Shown: one piece after another, positions 52,907-63,129 of the stretch | Numbering within the stretch: position 1 is the stretch's first letter | Layout of the letters: each line of letters begins with the position of its first letter | Source of the DNA: a virus | IMG/VR virus record: IMGVR_UViG_3300008448_000002 | Span: 64,001 to 128,000 of that record | Direction: 5' to 3' (one strand) | DNA length: 64,000 nt | Notes under the pieces: generated by a model | The model's input: only the letters and a program-made list of their open reading frames with translations | The model's database searches: none | Told to the model about the DNA's origin: nothing | Made by a program: the position numbers and the translations under genes

Positions 52907-54121
52907 TTACTGGAAGCGAATGTTAGAGCTAATCCCAACAAGACCCAAATAGTCAGCACTGTTTCCAAAACTTGAAACAGTATTTGTAAGCTCTTTGTAC
53001 CCGTAACGTGTCATGAATGAAACGGTAGGTTCAAAGGTTGATGGGTCAATGATAACGCCAGTAGATTGTAGTGGGATATATGGGCAATAGAAAGCGGCAG
53101 CGTCCGTTTCAGTTGTGCCTTTATAACCAACCAATACTGAAGTTGTGTCATTAGCGAATTGGTCAACATAGATTCTCATTGAGTTATTCAAAGTACCAAC
53201 GAACTTTGTGTTAGTTGGAGCATCAAATACACCTTCAGTTGTGCGAGCAAAAGCAGATGTCGTAGCAGATTGAAGAATTGTCAATGCTGTGTTTGATACA
53301 ACTGCCCAGTTAGCGGCACCACGTCTTGTGCGTTGAGCAACGAGGTTAGCTTGACGGTTAATTAATGTTGCCAAAGCAGCATGTTCATCACCAACAAAAG
53401 TTGCTGTACCAGAAATGTTGTTTTGGTCATAGATTGCCGTAGGTGAACCAGGAAGAGCACGGAGTGATTGTAGAATCTCTTGGTCAATTTCGGCAGTAAT
53501 TTCTTGTGCCAAAACAGCCATGATTTCTTGCTCCATGTCAATACCTTGTTGTGATTGAGCATCTTGAGCAGCTTCAAAAGTCCAACGAGCAGACAGTTTA
53601 CGGCTTTTCGCTTCAACTGTTTCTTTCAGGATTTGAATGCTAAGACCATTACCACCACGTCCTTCAAGGGCAGCAGTAGCAGCACCAGCAGGAGCAGAAA
53701 TTGATTCGTTACCAGAGTAATAACGAGCAATGTCAAATGGAGACATAGCTTCTGTACCAGCCGTTGTGTAACCAGCACCAGATGCGGGAACGGTGTTAGA
53801 ATAACGGAAACGCAAAGTATGAATTTGACCAACTGGACCAGTCATAGGTTGTACACCGATGATTTCGTTAGCAATTACGGTTGGCATTACACGTCTCAAT
53901 ACAGGGAGAATTACCTTGTTGAGTACAGCAATGTTACCAGAAGATGTTGCGCCAGCAGTTGCTTGCTCCATCAGGCTTCTTTTTGTATTTTCAAGAAGGG
54001 TTTCCATAATTTGTTTTTTAGAACTATTTTTAGAACCATCTTGGTTGTGTGTTAAGTCACGACCTTCAAGCAATTTTTCTTTTGCCAGCGTCCATGTATT
54101 TCCTTCAAATAATTTAGACAT
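52907..54121 (-). CDS. gp23: Major capsid protein (T4 gp23-like)
   Basis: LPVLRRVMPTVIANEIIGVQPMTGPVGQIHTLR, EITAEIDQEIL, AAFYCPYIPL, MTRYG; GC-richer optimised codons. Confidence 0.97.
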   Translation of the reverse strand: MSKLFEGNTWTLAKEKLLEGRDLTHNQDGSKNSSKKQIMETLLENTKRSLMEQATAGATSSGNIAVLNKVILPVLRRVMPTVIANEIIGVQPMTGPVGQIHTLRFRYSNTVPASGAGYTTAGTEAMSPFDIARYYSGNESISAPAGAATAALEGRGGNGLSIQILKETVEAKSRKLSARWTFEAAQDAQSQQGIDMEQEIMAVLAQEITAEIDQEILQSLRALPGSPTAIYDQNNISGTATFVGDEHAALATLINRQANLVAQRTRRGAANWAVVSNTALTILQSATTSAFARTTEGVFDAPTNTKFVGTLNNSMRIYVDQFANDTTSVLVGYKGTTETDAAAFYCPYIPLQSTGVIIDPSTFEPTVSFMTRYGYKELTNTVSSFGNSADYLGLVGISSNIRFQ

Positions 54122-54145
54122 AATTTTATCCTTTCGTCTTTATAA

Positions 54146-55366
54146 TTATTGTTTGTTAATTCCAGCCAAACGAGCAATATCGAATATCACATCATTTTGG
54201 TCAGAATATTCTTGTGATTCTTCTAAGATTACTTTTTTGTTACCTGTCATCGCTGACATCTTGGAAGATTTAGTTTCATTCAACTGTTGTTTTAATGGCT
54301 TCATTTCGCCAATAACACCAGGTAAATACTTATTGAAAGACTCTTGTAATCTTGGTGTTGATACACCTTCGAGTAATCTTCCCATAATTTCTTGTTTGTC
54401 TCTTGGTAGGTTTACGAGCAAGGTGTTGAGAGTTTTTTCTCTTGTTGCTTTTTCTTCTACGATACCAACTTTGTGTTTAACACTTTCATACAGAGTCTTG
54501 TTTTTGTTCAATTCATTGATTGATTCCGCAAGCTGTTTTTTTGTTTCGGTAAGTTCTTTAAACATTTTTTTAGTTTGGGTAGATTCACTAAGATTAGAAC
54601 CCAAAAACTCATGATAAAATGTTTCATAGATTCTTTTTCCGAGTTTATTTTCTTTAGCTACTTGAATATCTTCTTTCAATTGACCCAATTCTTTTTCCAA
54701 GGTTGATTGAATTGTTTGTTCAACAAGTGGAGCAGCTCTTTTGATAAAATTGTCTTTTAGTTCGGCAAGTTTTTCTTTGCTTTCTTTGACAATTCTTACT
54801 TTTGTATTGGCAAGGTCTTTTACATCTTCATGAAGCTCTGTAATTTCTTTTTGTAATTGCTCAAGAATGAATCCTTCAAACTTTTGAATTTTTTTGTTGT
54901 ATTCTTCTTTAAGTTGTTTAATTTCTTCTTGTTTTTCAATATGAAGCTGTTTTTGGTCTTCTTTGAGTTCAGTCAATTCTTTTTGTAATTCATCGGTAAT
55001 GAAGGTTTCAATCAAACTTGTATGACTTTTAATTTTATCATTGTATTGTTTTCTTGATTCTTGAATAGTATTTGTTAATTTCACTCTTGCTTCTTTGAGT
55101 TTATTAACTTCTTCTATTGACTCTTTTGCCTGTTCTGTGATAACATCAGTAATCATGGAGTTCATAGCCTCTACAATTCTTTCCTTATCGTGTTCAAACT
55201 TTGTAGAAAACTCGCGTCTGATGCTTTCTTCAAGTGCTTGGCGCATGTCCGTGCGTTCTTCATCAAGTTTTTCTTGTAGGGCTTGTTTTAATTCTACTTT
55301 TGTCTCTTCATTTAAGAGGTCTGACTGTAGTAATTCAAATATTTTGTTACTCATTTTTAACTCCAA
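54146..55366 (-). CDS. Prohead scaffold protein (gp22-like)
   Basis: Long coiled coil between protease and MCP; IRREFSTKFEHDK; ends LAGI. Confidence 0.8.
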   Translation of the reverse strand: MELKMSNKIFELLQSDLLNEETKVELKQALQEKLDEERTDMRQALEESIRREFSTKFEHDKERIVEAMNSMITDVITEQAKESIEEVNKLKEARVKLTNTIQESRKQYNDKIKSHTSLIETFITDELQKELTELKEDQKQLHIEKQEEIKQLKEEYNKKIQKFEGFILEQLQKEITELHEDVKDLANTKVRIVKESKEKLAELKDNFIKRAAPLVEQTIQSTLEKELGQLKEDIQVAKENKLGKRIYETFYHEFLGSNLSESTQTKKMFKELTETKKQLAESINELNKNKTLYESVKHKVGIVEEKATREKTLNTLLVNLPRDKQEIMGRLLEGVSTPRLQESFNKYLPGVIGEMKPLKQQLNETKSSKMSAMTGNKKVILEESQEYSDQNDVIFDIARLAGINKQ

Positions 55367-55990
55367 TTATAAACTTCTAATCCACTCGATTAGTTCTTTT
55401 TTCAAATGTTTTTCTGCTTTTGGGTCATATGTTAAAGATTTAGATAAATCTTCGATTATTGACCCTCTATTTCTAAAATTCCATGCTTCGTAGATGGGTT
55501 TTGGATAAGCATTTGGTGCCGATGGATTTGCTACAATATCAATTGTAACAATTTGATAATCTTTTACATTACCATAGTCATCAACATCGCCTGAACCTCT
55601 GCTTGACACGCCCAATAATACTTTGCTATCTAATAAAACCTTAACAATATTTCCCGATGGTGTTGGAAGAACTTTAAGTTTCCCACATCCATTATCACCG
55701 TCCATTTTGATTTCTGTAATCATGTGAGAAACGGTTGCTAAATTAATATTTAAACCCGATGGATGGTCTGCCTCTCCTAAAATTGGCATTCCACTTTTAA
55801 TTCTTTCATTCATCTGGTCTACGGCTTTACTAATTTCCGACACGGGGTAAATTCTACCATTTTGGTTTTTCTTATTACCTTGTACAAAAATACCACACAT
55901 ATACAGGCTTTTAGAACCATTGGAATCTTGAGATTCTTCTAGTTTCATATTTGCCTGATTAAATGCGTAATTTTCTTGTAGCATCAACAT
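55367..55990 (-). CDS. gp21: Prohead protease (T4 gp21-like)
   Basis: GIFVQGNKKNQNGRIYP, LGEADHP, VSHMI, LGVSSRGSG, IDIVANPSAPNAYP. Confidence 0.95.
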   Translation of the reverse strand: MLMLQENYAFNQANMKLEESQDSNGSKSLYMCGIFVQGNKKNQNGRIYPVSEISKAVDQMNERIKSGMPILGEADHPSGLNINLATVSHMITEIKMDGDNGCGKLKVLPTPSGNIVKVLLDSKVLLGVSSRGSGDVDDYGNVKDYQIVTIDIVANPSAPNAYPKPIYEAWNFRNRGSIIEDLSKSLTYDPKAEKHLKKELIEWIRSL

Positions 55991-55998
55991 AGTTTGTA

Positions 55999-56823
55999 TT
56001 ACTTTCTACCACTGATAGGGCTAACTTTATTACCTTTAGGTTGTACTGGTTGACTAACTTTTACAGGTGTAAGTTTGTTTGGATTTTTAGAAGCAGGAAG
56101 TTTTTTAACTTCAATGTTCATAGTTTCTGGTTGTTTGTTTTTCTTAAACTTGTAACCAGCATCATCCTTGATTGTTTTACCTGAAATAAGTGATTTACTT
56201 TGCTGAGTTACAGATTTACCATTTGAAAACTTACCATCATCATTATGTGCTTTTACCGCTTCGAGATTAAAAGATTCTTCGAGGTCATCATAGTCTTCAT
56301 CATCAACGGTAATGTCTTCAAACTTGAGTTCATCCATATCTACATCCGCATCGGATTCCATAACTTCATCTTCTTCTGTAATTTCATCTTCTGCTGTTAT
56401 TTCATCATCCATGTCTGATTCCATAACTTCATCCTCTTCGGACTTCATCAATTCTTCAAACTCTGCTTTTAAACGAGCGAGTTCATCTTCGATGTTATCA
56501 ACACGGTCTTCAACTTGTTCTAAATCTGTTTCTTCTGTGTCAAAATCAGCTTCGCCATCTATTTCAAATGATTCATCATCGCTTTCATCGCTGTCAGTTT
56601 CAAATGATTCATCATCCATCACTGGTGTATCATCGCCAAATGTTTCTTCACTATCAATTTCATTCATGCTATCTTCAATTTCTTGTGTAGATTCGGCATC
56701 TTCTTGTAGGCTTTCATAAATACTTCTTGCTTTTTCAACATGAAAATCATGTAGCATTTCTTTTGCTTTTTCTGATTCACCGTTTACAATGTATTCAATG
56801 ATTGTTTTTAAATCTGTAGTCAT
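55999..56823 (-). CDS. Acidic prohead core protein
   Basis: D/E-rich repeats (EEDEVMESD twice) and a basic C-terminus; located between portal and protease. Confidence 0.7.
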   Translation of the reverse strand: MTTDLKTIIEYIVNGESEKAKEMLHDFHVEKARSIYESLQEDAESTQEIEDSMNEIDSEETFGDDTPVMDDESFETDSDESDDESFEIDGEADFDTEETDLEQVEDRVDNIEDELARLKAEFEELMKSEEDEVMESDMDDEITAEDEITEEDEVMESDADVDMDELKFEDITVDDEDYDDLEESFNLEAVKAHNDDGKFSNGKSVTQQSKSLISGKTIKDDAGYKFKKNKQPETMNIEVKKLPASKNPNKLTPVKVSQPVQPKGNKVSPISGRK

Positions 56824-56906
56824 AAATTAAGCTCCTAACTCGTTTCTCATTAACTATTTATATAAAAATAGTTTTATTGTTGTTTTAATGTGTTTTTTAT
56901 GTAATT

Positions 56907-57104
56907 TTATTGATTTTCTTCTGGCTTGCCGTAAATTTTTTGTATGGTTTGACTTCTTTTTACGTTTTCAAGGTTTTTTGTTGCCTTAATCTTCTTAAGT
57001 CGATTTACATCACCAAGGGTTAATTTTGGTCCAGCCTTGTCTATTTTTTTACTGTTTACTTCGTCATTCTTTGGTGTATAGTAATTATGTATATCATTAC
57101 TCAT
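56907..57104 (-). CDS. Small conserved head-module protein
   Basis: KLTL..VNRLKK......E......IQKIYG pattern; overlaps the portal stop. Confidence 0.65.
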   Translation of the reverse strand: MSNDIHNYYTPKNDEVNSKKIDKAGPKLTLGDVNRLKKIKATKNLENVKRSQTIQKIYGKPEENQ

Positions 57105-58851
57105 CTTCGACTCTTTCTGGTTCAGTTAAAGATGTTCCACTACCTAATGGACTTTCTGAACCTTCTTCTCTATCATTATTTATATCTTCTTCGTCTTCTT
57201 CTTGATTTTCATCATCTTGTTCTGCCTTAATACCAATTGAACTTAATTTTGTATTATCATCTGATTCGATGGATTCCTCACTAAACTTATCTGGATTTTC
57301 TTCTTTCAACAGAATTTCATTTTCTGTTATTTCTTCTGTTGTTAATCCGAGGTAACGTTTTAGGATGAATCGTTTACTCAAATAAGGGACATCCGATAAT
57401 GGTGTAAATACATTGATTTGCGCCGTATCTCTTTCAATTTGAGCAAATTGTCTAAAGTTTTGTGGAGGAGTAAATTCCAATTCAAACGTATTAGAGGAAA
57501 TATTGAATCCTCTTTTTTTAACAAATAATTTAAATTCTTGGTCAAATACATCAGAAATTGTCTTTTGTATTCTTTGGCAATATTTTGAAAATCTAAATTC
57601 TTGTATATAAGCTGTGCCAACTCTACCATCGGTAACAGCCTGTGTACTATCTTCTGGGCCAGTTGGAAGATAACTTGATGGTACTCTTAATCCCCTAATT
57701 AATTTATTATTGAAAAACTTTAAATCATCAATCTGTCCAAGATTTTCTCCACCTGGTAATGTTTCAACTTTACTTCCTCTACCAGATGTAGTAACTGGAA
57801 AGAAAAAATCTTCCAGCATTGACATCGGATTATAAGATGAATCAACTACGTTTCCGTTCTGTCCATTTCTGGATGGTATTCTTCTTTGATGTACTTCATT
57901 TTTAACTCTTTCAACCCATTGTTGTGCCTTATGGGGTGGTTGGTCGCCAACATCAATATAAAAGACTCTTCTTTCTGGTGCCCGTTGTATACGATAAATT
58001 AGGATAGCATCTTCTAATAATTCTTTTTGTTTATATACTTTAAATACTGGTTCTAGTACAGATACGCCAAACGGCCACGATGCGTCTAAACCTTCACTTA
58101 AACTTAAATGTACAAAGTGTGTTGAATCTATGGCAAACACATTGGTGCCATTTTGATTAAATCTACTAGTTCTGTTTCCCGAATAGGTGTTATTGTTGTT
58201 GTAACTATTTTGATTAAATGTGGTTGATAATCCATTCCCTCTATCCAGCGAACTAACTCCATCACCCACTAAGTTAGTACCAAATGTACTTGGATTAGTC
58301 GCCGTATCAGCTACAAAATTAAAATCAACATCTCTTACGACATAATGTGTGATTTCTTTTCCTTTTCCTTCGTTTACAAATATTTTTTGTACTTTGGAAG
58401 GTTCTACCCAGAACCATTCAAAGGTATCTGGATTTCTAATGAAAAATTGGTCGCCGTATTTTAATGTATTTCTAACAATTCTCCATATCTTCTTACGGAA
58501 ACTATTTAAACTGTACCATTGTTGTAAAGTTGTTTTTAATATTTGTACTTCGGCTTCTGATGGGTTATATCCTTTATAATCAATAGTGAAACACATACCA
58601 GAATCATCGTCTGGCTGAGTACAAAAATCACTAATTGTATCTAATGCTGCGTTAATTTCAGGGTCTTGGTCCATTGTATCATATTGACCATAGCGTTCTA
58701 TACGATACGGATGCCCAGCATACACATCTGGTAAATAATTTGTTCTTTCTGATTTATTCGCGGGTTTATCGGGTATTCTTACATCTTTACCAATTTCCCT
58801 ATTTAATCTTGTGTTTTTGTCAACAACGGTAAAATGTTTGGTCCAACTCAT
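57097..58851 (-). CDS. gp20: Portal protein (T4 gp20-like)
   Basis: MDQDPEINAALD, EDAILIYRIQRAPERRVFYIDVG, SMLEDFFFP, RGSKVETLPGGENLGQIDDLKFF, EFRFSKY. Confidence 0.97.
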   Translation of the reverse strand: MSWTKHFTVVDKNTRLNREIGKDVRIPDKPANKSERTNYLPDVYAGHPYRIERYGQYDTMDQDPEINAALDTISDFCTQPDDDSGMCFTIDYKGYNPSEAEVQILKTTLQQWYSLNSFRKKIWRIVRNTLKYGDQFFIRNPDTFEWFWVEPSKVQKIFVNEGKGKEITHYVVRDVDFNFVADTATNPSTFGTNLVGDGVSSLDRGNGLSTTFNQNSYNNNNTYSGNRTSRFNQNGTNVFAIDSTHFVHLSLSEGLDASWPFGVSVLEPVFKVYKQKELLEDAILIYRIQRAPERRVFYIDVGDQPPHKAQQWVERVKNEVHQRRIPSRNGQNGNVVDSSYNPMSMLEDFFFPVTTSGRGSKVETLPGGENLGQIDDLKFFNNKLIRGLRVPSSYLPTGPEDSTQAVTDGRVGTAYIQEFRFSKYCQRIQKTISDVFDQEFKLFVKKRGFNISSNTFELEFTPPQNFRQFAQIERDTAQINVFTPLSDVPYLSKRFILKRYLGLTTEEITENEILLKEENPDKFSEESIESDDNTKLSSIGIKAEQDDENQEEDEEDINNDREEGSESPLGSGTSLTEPERVEDE

Positions 58852-58895
58852 GTGATTTCTTCTTTGTTTATATATACAATGCTATTTAGTATTTT

Positions 58896-61061
58896 TTAAA
58901 ACCCATTTATAGAAAGAACAGCTTGGGTATTACCTTTGGTTGTTTTTAATAGATTTACTAAGTTTTCATTAGTTGACATTAGGTTATTTAAATGAATATC
59001 TGTTTGTTTATTCATTAAATCGTTTAATTTTTTTAATTGTTCATTAGTTATTTTCTGTTGTTGTAATAAATCATCGTTGGTAATTGTTTGATTATCTGGT
59101 TGTGGAATAGTTGTATTTGTGTTATTTGGTAAAAACTCTGATGTTGGTTTTTTTTGTTGTTTAGTGTATTTATCGGTTGTATCCATGATTTCACTAACTG
59201 CCCATGCGCCAGCGGCAATTGTTGCCAATGTTGCCAGCACAGGACTACTTGCTAATCCAGCCAACCCTGCTAGTACAGCACCGCCTCCTCTAACTAACAT
59301 ACCCGCTTTTGGTAGAATTGATGCCCCTCTTGCCGCCAATCCAGCACTTGCGCCCTTAGAAGCTACTTTTCCTGCTCCTGCCGCCAATCCAGTACTTGCG
59401 CCAGTAGATAACATTTTTGCTATATGTCCACCCACACCGAAGGCACCAGCAATCGTTGTACCTATTAACCCAACTGCTCCCATTAATGCTTTAACCAACA
59501 CAGAACCAAGAGATGTCGCCACAAGTAAACCAATACCTCCAACCACAAGACCAAGGTATTTAAATTGTCCTGTTAAATCGTTTGCCGCAGTCGTTAAATC
59601 ACTAAAACTTAAAGATGTACTATTAGAAATTTTTGTTAAGGCATCACCAAATGGTTTCATTGTATTTGTAATAAACTTATCATATACTGCTTTGGCTTCA
59701 GCGAGTTTAAACTCACCCGTTTCAAATAAACCTGATATAGCATCTTTATTTGGAGTGTTATCTCTTATTAAACCTGCTTCTATCTTTTGTTTTTCGTTTA
59801 ATTTTCTTAAAAACTCTCCACTTTCGGCATAACTTGGTGTTATACCCGTGTTCACCAATATACCTCTTTGTGTCGCTCCTTGTAGTCCACCAACATCTTT
59901 GGCAACAGCAACTCTACCCTTATCACCAAGACTCGCCATCGTATCATTGACACTTTTATTTGTGTCAGTCAAATCTAGTGCGGTTTTTCTTAGTAAATTA
60001 GCAGTGGCAGGATTCATTGCCGCATATTGTGCCGATTCTTGAGTTAATACGTTCCCACCAGTAATTATAAACTCCTTCATTAGTTTTTTCATTTCTTCGG
60101 GCATCAGAGCAAGTTGATTTTCAATTTCTTTTTGTCTTACTCCACCATTATATTTTTCTGCCAAAATTAATGAAAAATCCTTATCAACATTCGCAGCGGC
60201 TAATTGTTTATTTAAGTCCTCTCTATTCATGCCCATTAATTTAGCCAAACCAGAGTTTGTTTGTACTAACTGTAATGTTGCGTTTGTTGCTTGTTCATTG
60301 CTTAAACCTTGTAATCTACCACTATTTCCAACACTATCAATATAAGACGTTGCGACATCAATAAATTCTTGTTGCGATGTAGCACCGTAGTAATTTGATT
60401 TTTTTGCTATATCCGTGACATTTTTGAATATTTTAGAAAAATTAGTAGCACCTAATACTCTTGTAGAGTTCGAGGCACTAGAAATAGCTTTAGAAAAATC
60501 CTCAATAGATAGATAAGCATTAGAGGCGGCATCCCGCATTTCATTAATTGAGTTAATAGTTCCTTCAGAACTATTTCTTAATTCTTTATAGGCGGCAGCA
60601 TTATCTTTTAAATAATCAAGTGTTAATTTACCAACAACAAACCCTTTTGCGGCACCAATTAATTGACGAGAGGCATCTCCTATTAAATCACTTGCTAAAT
60701 TATCTCTTCTATTGAATCGAGAACCATACATACTTCTTGATTCTTCTTTACTTGCTCTTCTGGCACTTATATCACTTTGATAGACATTTATTTTACCATC
60801 ACTTCGTTGGTTTCCGCCTTTTATAGCTTTTACTGTGTTTTCACCGGTTTTTTTAGTTTCTTTCAATAATTCTTTATAGTAACTTTTATCATTAGGGTCT
60901 TTATTAAGTAATTTAACAATACCCTTCATCAAATCGTTTGTTTTTTTATTAGCTATTTTTTGTTCTCTATCGCCTAACTTCAACTCTCTGATGAAATCAG
61001 TGTCACCTTTTTTAATTAGGTCTGCTATATTTTGTAATATTGATTCTTCAAATGCTGACAT
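58896..61061 (-). CDS. Tape-measure-like/baseplate-hub-associated protein
   Basis: 721 aa, helical, with a Gly/Ala-rich hydrophobic segment near the C-terminus; divergent from baseplate hub genes; no catalytic motif recognised. Confidence 0.55.
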   Translation of the reverse strand: MSAFEESILQNIADLIKKGDTDFIRELKLGDREQKIANKKTNDLMKGIVKLLNKDPNDKSYYKELLKETKKTGENTVKAIKGGNQRSDGKINVYQSDISARRASKEESRSMYGSRFNRRDNLASDLIGDASRQLIGAAKGFVVGKLTLDYLKDNAAAYKELRNSSEGTINSINEMRDAASNAYLSIEDFSKAISSASNSTRVLGATNFSKIFKNVTDIAKKSNYYGATSQQEFIDVATSYIDSVGNSGRLQGLSNEQATNATLQLVQTNSGLAKLMGMNREDLNKQLAAANVDKDFSLILAEKYNGGVRQKEIENQLALMPEEMKKLMKEFIITGGNVLTQESAQYAAMNPATANLLRKTALDLTDTNKSVNDTMASLGDKGRVAVAKDVGGLQGATQRGILVNTGITPSYAESGEFLRKLNEKQKIEAGLIRDNTPNKDAISGLFETGEFKLAEAKAVYDKFITNTMKPFGDALTKISNSTSLSFSDLTTAANDLTGQFKYLGLVVGGIGLLVATSLGSVLVKALMGAVGLIGTTIAGAFGVGGHIAKMLSTGASTGLAAGAGKVASKGASAGLAARGASILPKAGMLVRGGGAVLAGLAGLASSPVLATLATIAAGAWAVSEIMDTTDKYTKQQKKPTSEFLPNNTNTTIPQPDNQTITNDDLLQQQKITNEQLKKLNDLMNKQTDIHLNNLMSTNENLVNLLKTTKGNTQAVLSINGF

Positions 61062-61100
61062 TTATATTGTATTCCAGTAAAATATATGTTATATTATAAT

Positions 61101-61124
61101 GACTATTTATGAAGATAAATAGTC
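61101..61124. promoter_or_regulatory. Back-to-back late promoters forming a 10-bp inverted repeat
   Basis: GACTATTTAT-GAAG-ATAAATAGTC, giving CATAAATA on minus and GATAAATA on plus. Confidence 0.7.
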
Positions 61125-61145
61125 TATCATATTGAGGTAAATTAA

Positions 61146-61979
61146 ATGGCGGAAATTAATCCATTAAGTAAATATTTTAGAGTACCTGGTTTACATGTTA
61201 AACTAGCTAGTAAAGGTTATTTTAGTGATGATAAGGATGTTACTATTACAAATGATATTCCTGTTTATCCGATGGGGGCAGCGGAAGAGTTATATCTTAA
61301 AAATCCCGATGGATTATTAAATGGCTTTTCAATTGAAACAATTATTAAAAATTGTGTTCCTGATATTAAAAATCCAAGAAAATTACCAGTTCAAGATATA
61401 GATGTATTATTATTGGCAATAAAACACGCTACTTTTGGTGACAACATGGAAATAAATGTTGTATGTCCTAAATGTAGTACTGAACAAGTCCATAATATGT
61501 CAATATTGAACATATTAGACAGTATAACCTATATGGAGAATGAATATACAGTTAGATTAAATGATGATTTAGTTGTTTATTTGAAACCCTATTGCTTTGA
61601 AACAAATACAAAATTAAGTTTGGCAACATTTGAAGAAATAAAAATACAACAAAGTATTACAAATGATGATGAGTTAGAAAAAAAATTAGAAATCATCAAT
61701 GAATCATTCATAAAGATGACAAGTATAAACCTTGATTTAATGGCAAAGACTATAATTAAAATTGCTACGCCCGATGGTGAAATTACCAATATTGAACATA
61801 TTAAAGAGTTTATATTAAAGGCATCAAAAAAGTTTATTGACCTTATTAAAGCAAAACACGATGAAATATCTAATACAGGTATAAAACGAGAGTTTGATTT
61901 AATTTGTACAAATTGTAATCATGAGTGGAAGGACAATATTGTATTTGACCCTAGTAATTTTTTTACAGAAAGCTCTTGA
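61146..61979 (+). CDS. Baseplate hub assembly protein (T4 gp26-like)
   Basis: NPLSKYFR.P..HVKL.SKG, VYPM.A.EE..LKNPDGLLNG, D.D.LLLAI..AT.G, CP.C and C..C motifs. Confidence 0.8.
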   Translation: MAEINPLSKYFRVPGLHVKLASKGYFSDDKDVTITNDIPVYPMGAAEELYLKNPDGLLNGFSIETIIKNCVPDIKNPRKLPVQDIDVLLLAIKHATFGDNMEINVVCPKCSTEQVHNMSILNILDSITYMENEYTVRLNDDLVVYLKPYCFETNTKLSLATFEEIKIQQSITNDDELEKKLEIINESFIKMTSINLDLMAKTIIKIATPDGEITNIEHIKEFILKASKKFIDLIKAKHDEISNTGIKREFDLICTNCNHEWKDNIVFDPSNFFTESS

Positions 61980-62185
61980 TGTCCTCACCAGAGGAAACAC
62001 TTTCTCTCTTAAATGAGATGGAAAAGGAATCAAGAGCTATCATAAACAGTGTATTTACAATAATGTGGCACTTTAAAGGTATGTCAAGAGACGAAGCATT
62101 TACAATGAGTAATAAAGAAAGATTAGAAGTTGTAAAAATTATTGAAGCATCTTTACCGAAAAATCCTAAATCATGGGATGTTTAG
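61976..62185 (+). CDS. Small baseplate-hub-associated protein (gp51-like)
   Basis: Coupled to the gp26-like gene; W...GMSR.EA..MS..ER pattern. Confidence 0.55.
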   Translation: MMSSPEETLSLLNEMEKESRAIINSVFTIMWHFKGMSRDEAFTMSNKERLEVVKIIEASLPKNPKSWDV

Positions 62186-62595
62186 ATATTCGGAATCTGT
62201 TCATGAATATAATCAACAATTTCCCTGTGACTATCTCTTCCATATTGTTGAAACTCTTTATTTGTTAGCCAAACTGTTTTTTCCGTTTCATAATGAGGAG
62301 TTACAAAGTTTTCTTTATCTTTTACTTCTACCGCATAGATAACAATATCATATTTCTTTTTACTTTTTATTTTGCCTTTAAAAACTTGAAATGGGGCACA
62401 TAGAAAGTTTTCTTCTAGTAAACCCAATTCTTCATAACCTTCTCTAATTGCGGCATCAAGAAAAGATTCACCTTCGTCAACATCACCCTTAGATATGTTC
62501 GGTTTAGTTCCTCCAAAATTACTATTTGAAGAAATCATAAACAACATTTTACCATCATTTGTAAATGGTATGATACCAGCTTTTTTATTTTTCAT
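62182..62595 (-). CDS. NUDIX hydrolase
   Basis: KGDVDEGESFLDAAIREGYEELG Nudix box. Confidence 0.9.
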   Translation of the reverse strand: MKNKKAGIIPFTNDGKMLFMISSNSNFGGTKPNISKGDVDEGESFLDAAIREGYEELGLLEENFLCAPFQVFKGKIKSKKKYDIVIYAVEVKDKENFVTPHYETEKTVWLTNKEFQQYGRDSHREIVDYIHEQIPNI

Positions 62596-62604
62596 ATAGT
62601 ATAT

Positions 62605-63129
62605 TTAATCATTATAATATCTAATATTATGTTTAAGATTTTTGTTATAACAAGATTTTTTCATAGATTTTGAAATTAATATTTCTTGGGCTGAATATAA
62701 AGAATTAGGGATATGTTTTAAATTAATACAACCAGTTAAACGTAAACTTCCAAAAACTTTTAAATCTTCTGGTAATCTTGTTAAATTAGTACAATTTTTT
62801 AAATCTAAATTACCATAAATTACTAAACCAGATGGTAATTTTCTTAAACTAGTACAATTTCTCAACCAAATGCTTGAATTAATTGTTAAATTATTTGGCA
62901 ATCTAATTAAAGTTTTATTATTTTCTAATTCTAAATGCTCGATAAGATTAAGATTATCTGGTAATTGATTAATATCGTACAGTACAAGATTAATTTCAAT
63001 TAAGTTTAGATGCCTGATATAAAAGGATGTATATTTACTCTTCGATAAATCATGAATATCATATCTTAATCTATTATACCCTATACCATTAACTTTTATA
63101 ACCTTCATATTATTAAAATGTGACGGCAA
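62605..63129 (-). CDS. Leucine-rich repeat protein (same ~22-aa repeat as the PcfJ-LRR pair)
   Basis: LPNNLTINSSIWLRNCTSL, LPSGLVIYGNLDLKNCTNL, LPEDLKVFGSLRLTGCINL. Confidence 0.75.
   Translation of the reverse strand: MPSHFNNMKVIKVNGIGYNRLRYDIHDLSKSKYTSFYIRHLNLIEINLVLYDINQLPDNLNLIEHLELENNKTLIRLPNNLTINSSIWLRNCTSLRKLPSGLVIYGNLDLKNCTNLTRLPEDLKVFGSLRLTGCINLKHIPNSLYSAQEILISKSMKKSCYNKNLKHNIRYYND

Noticed and set aside
53362-54614. Alternative-frame and antisense ORFs in the capsid/scaffold genes (likewise in sheath, fibres, ClpA and 59119-59832)
   Set aside because: They are shadows of codon-biased real genes and have no RBS or motifs.
56280-56660. TCATC-rich tandem-like repeats
   Set aside because: They reflect the Asp/Glu-rich coding sequence of the prohead core protein.
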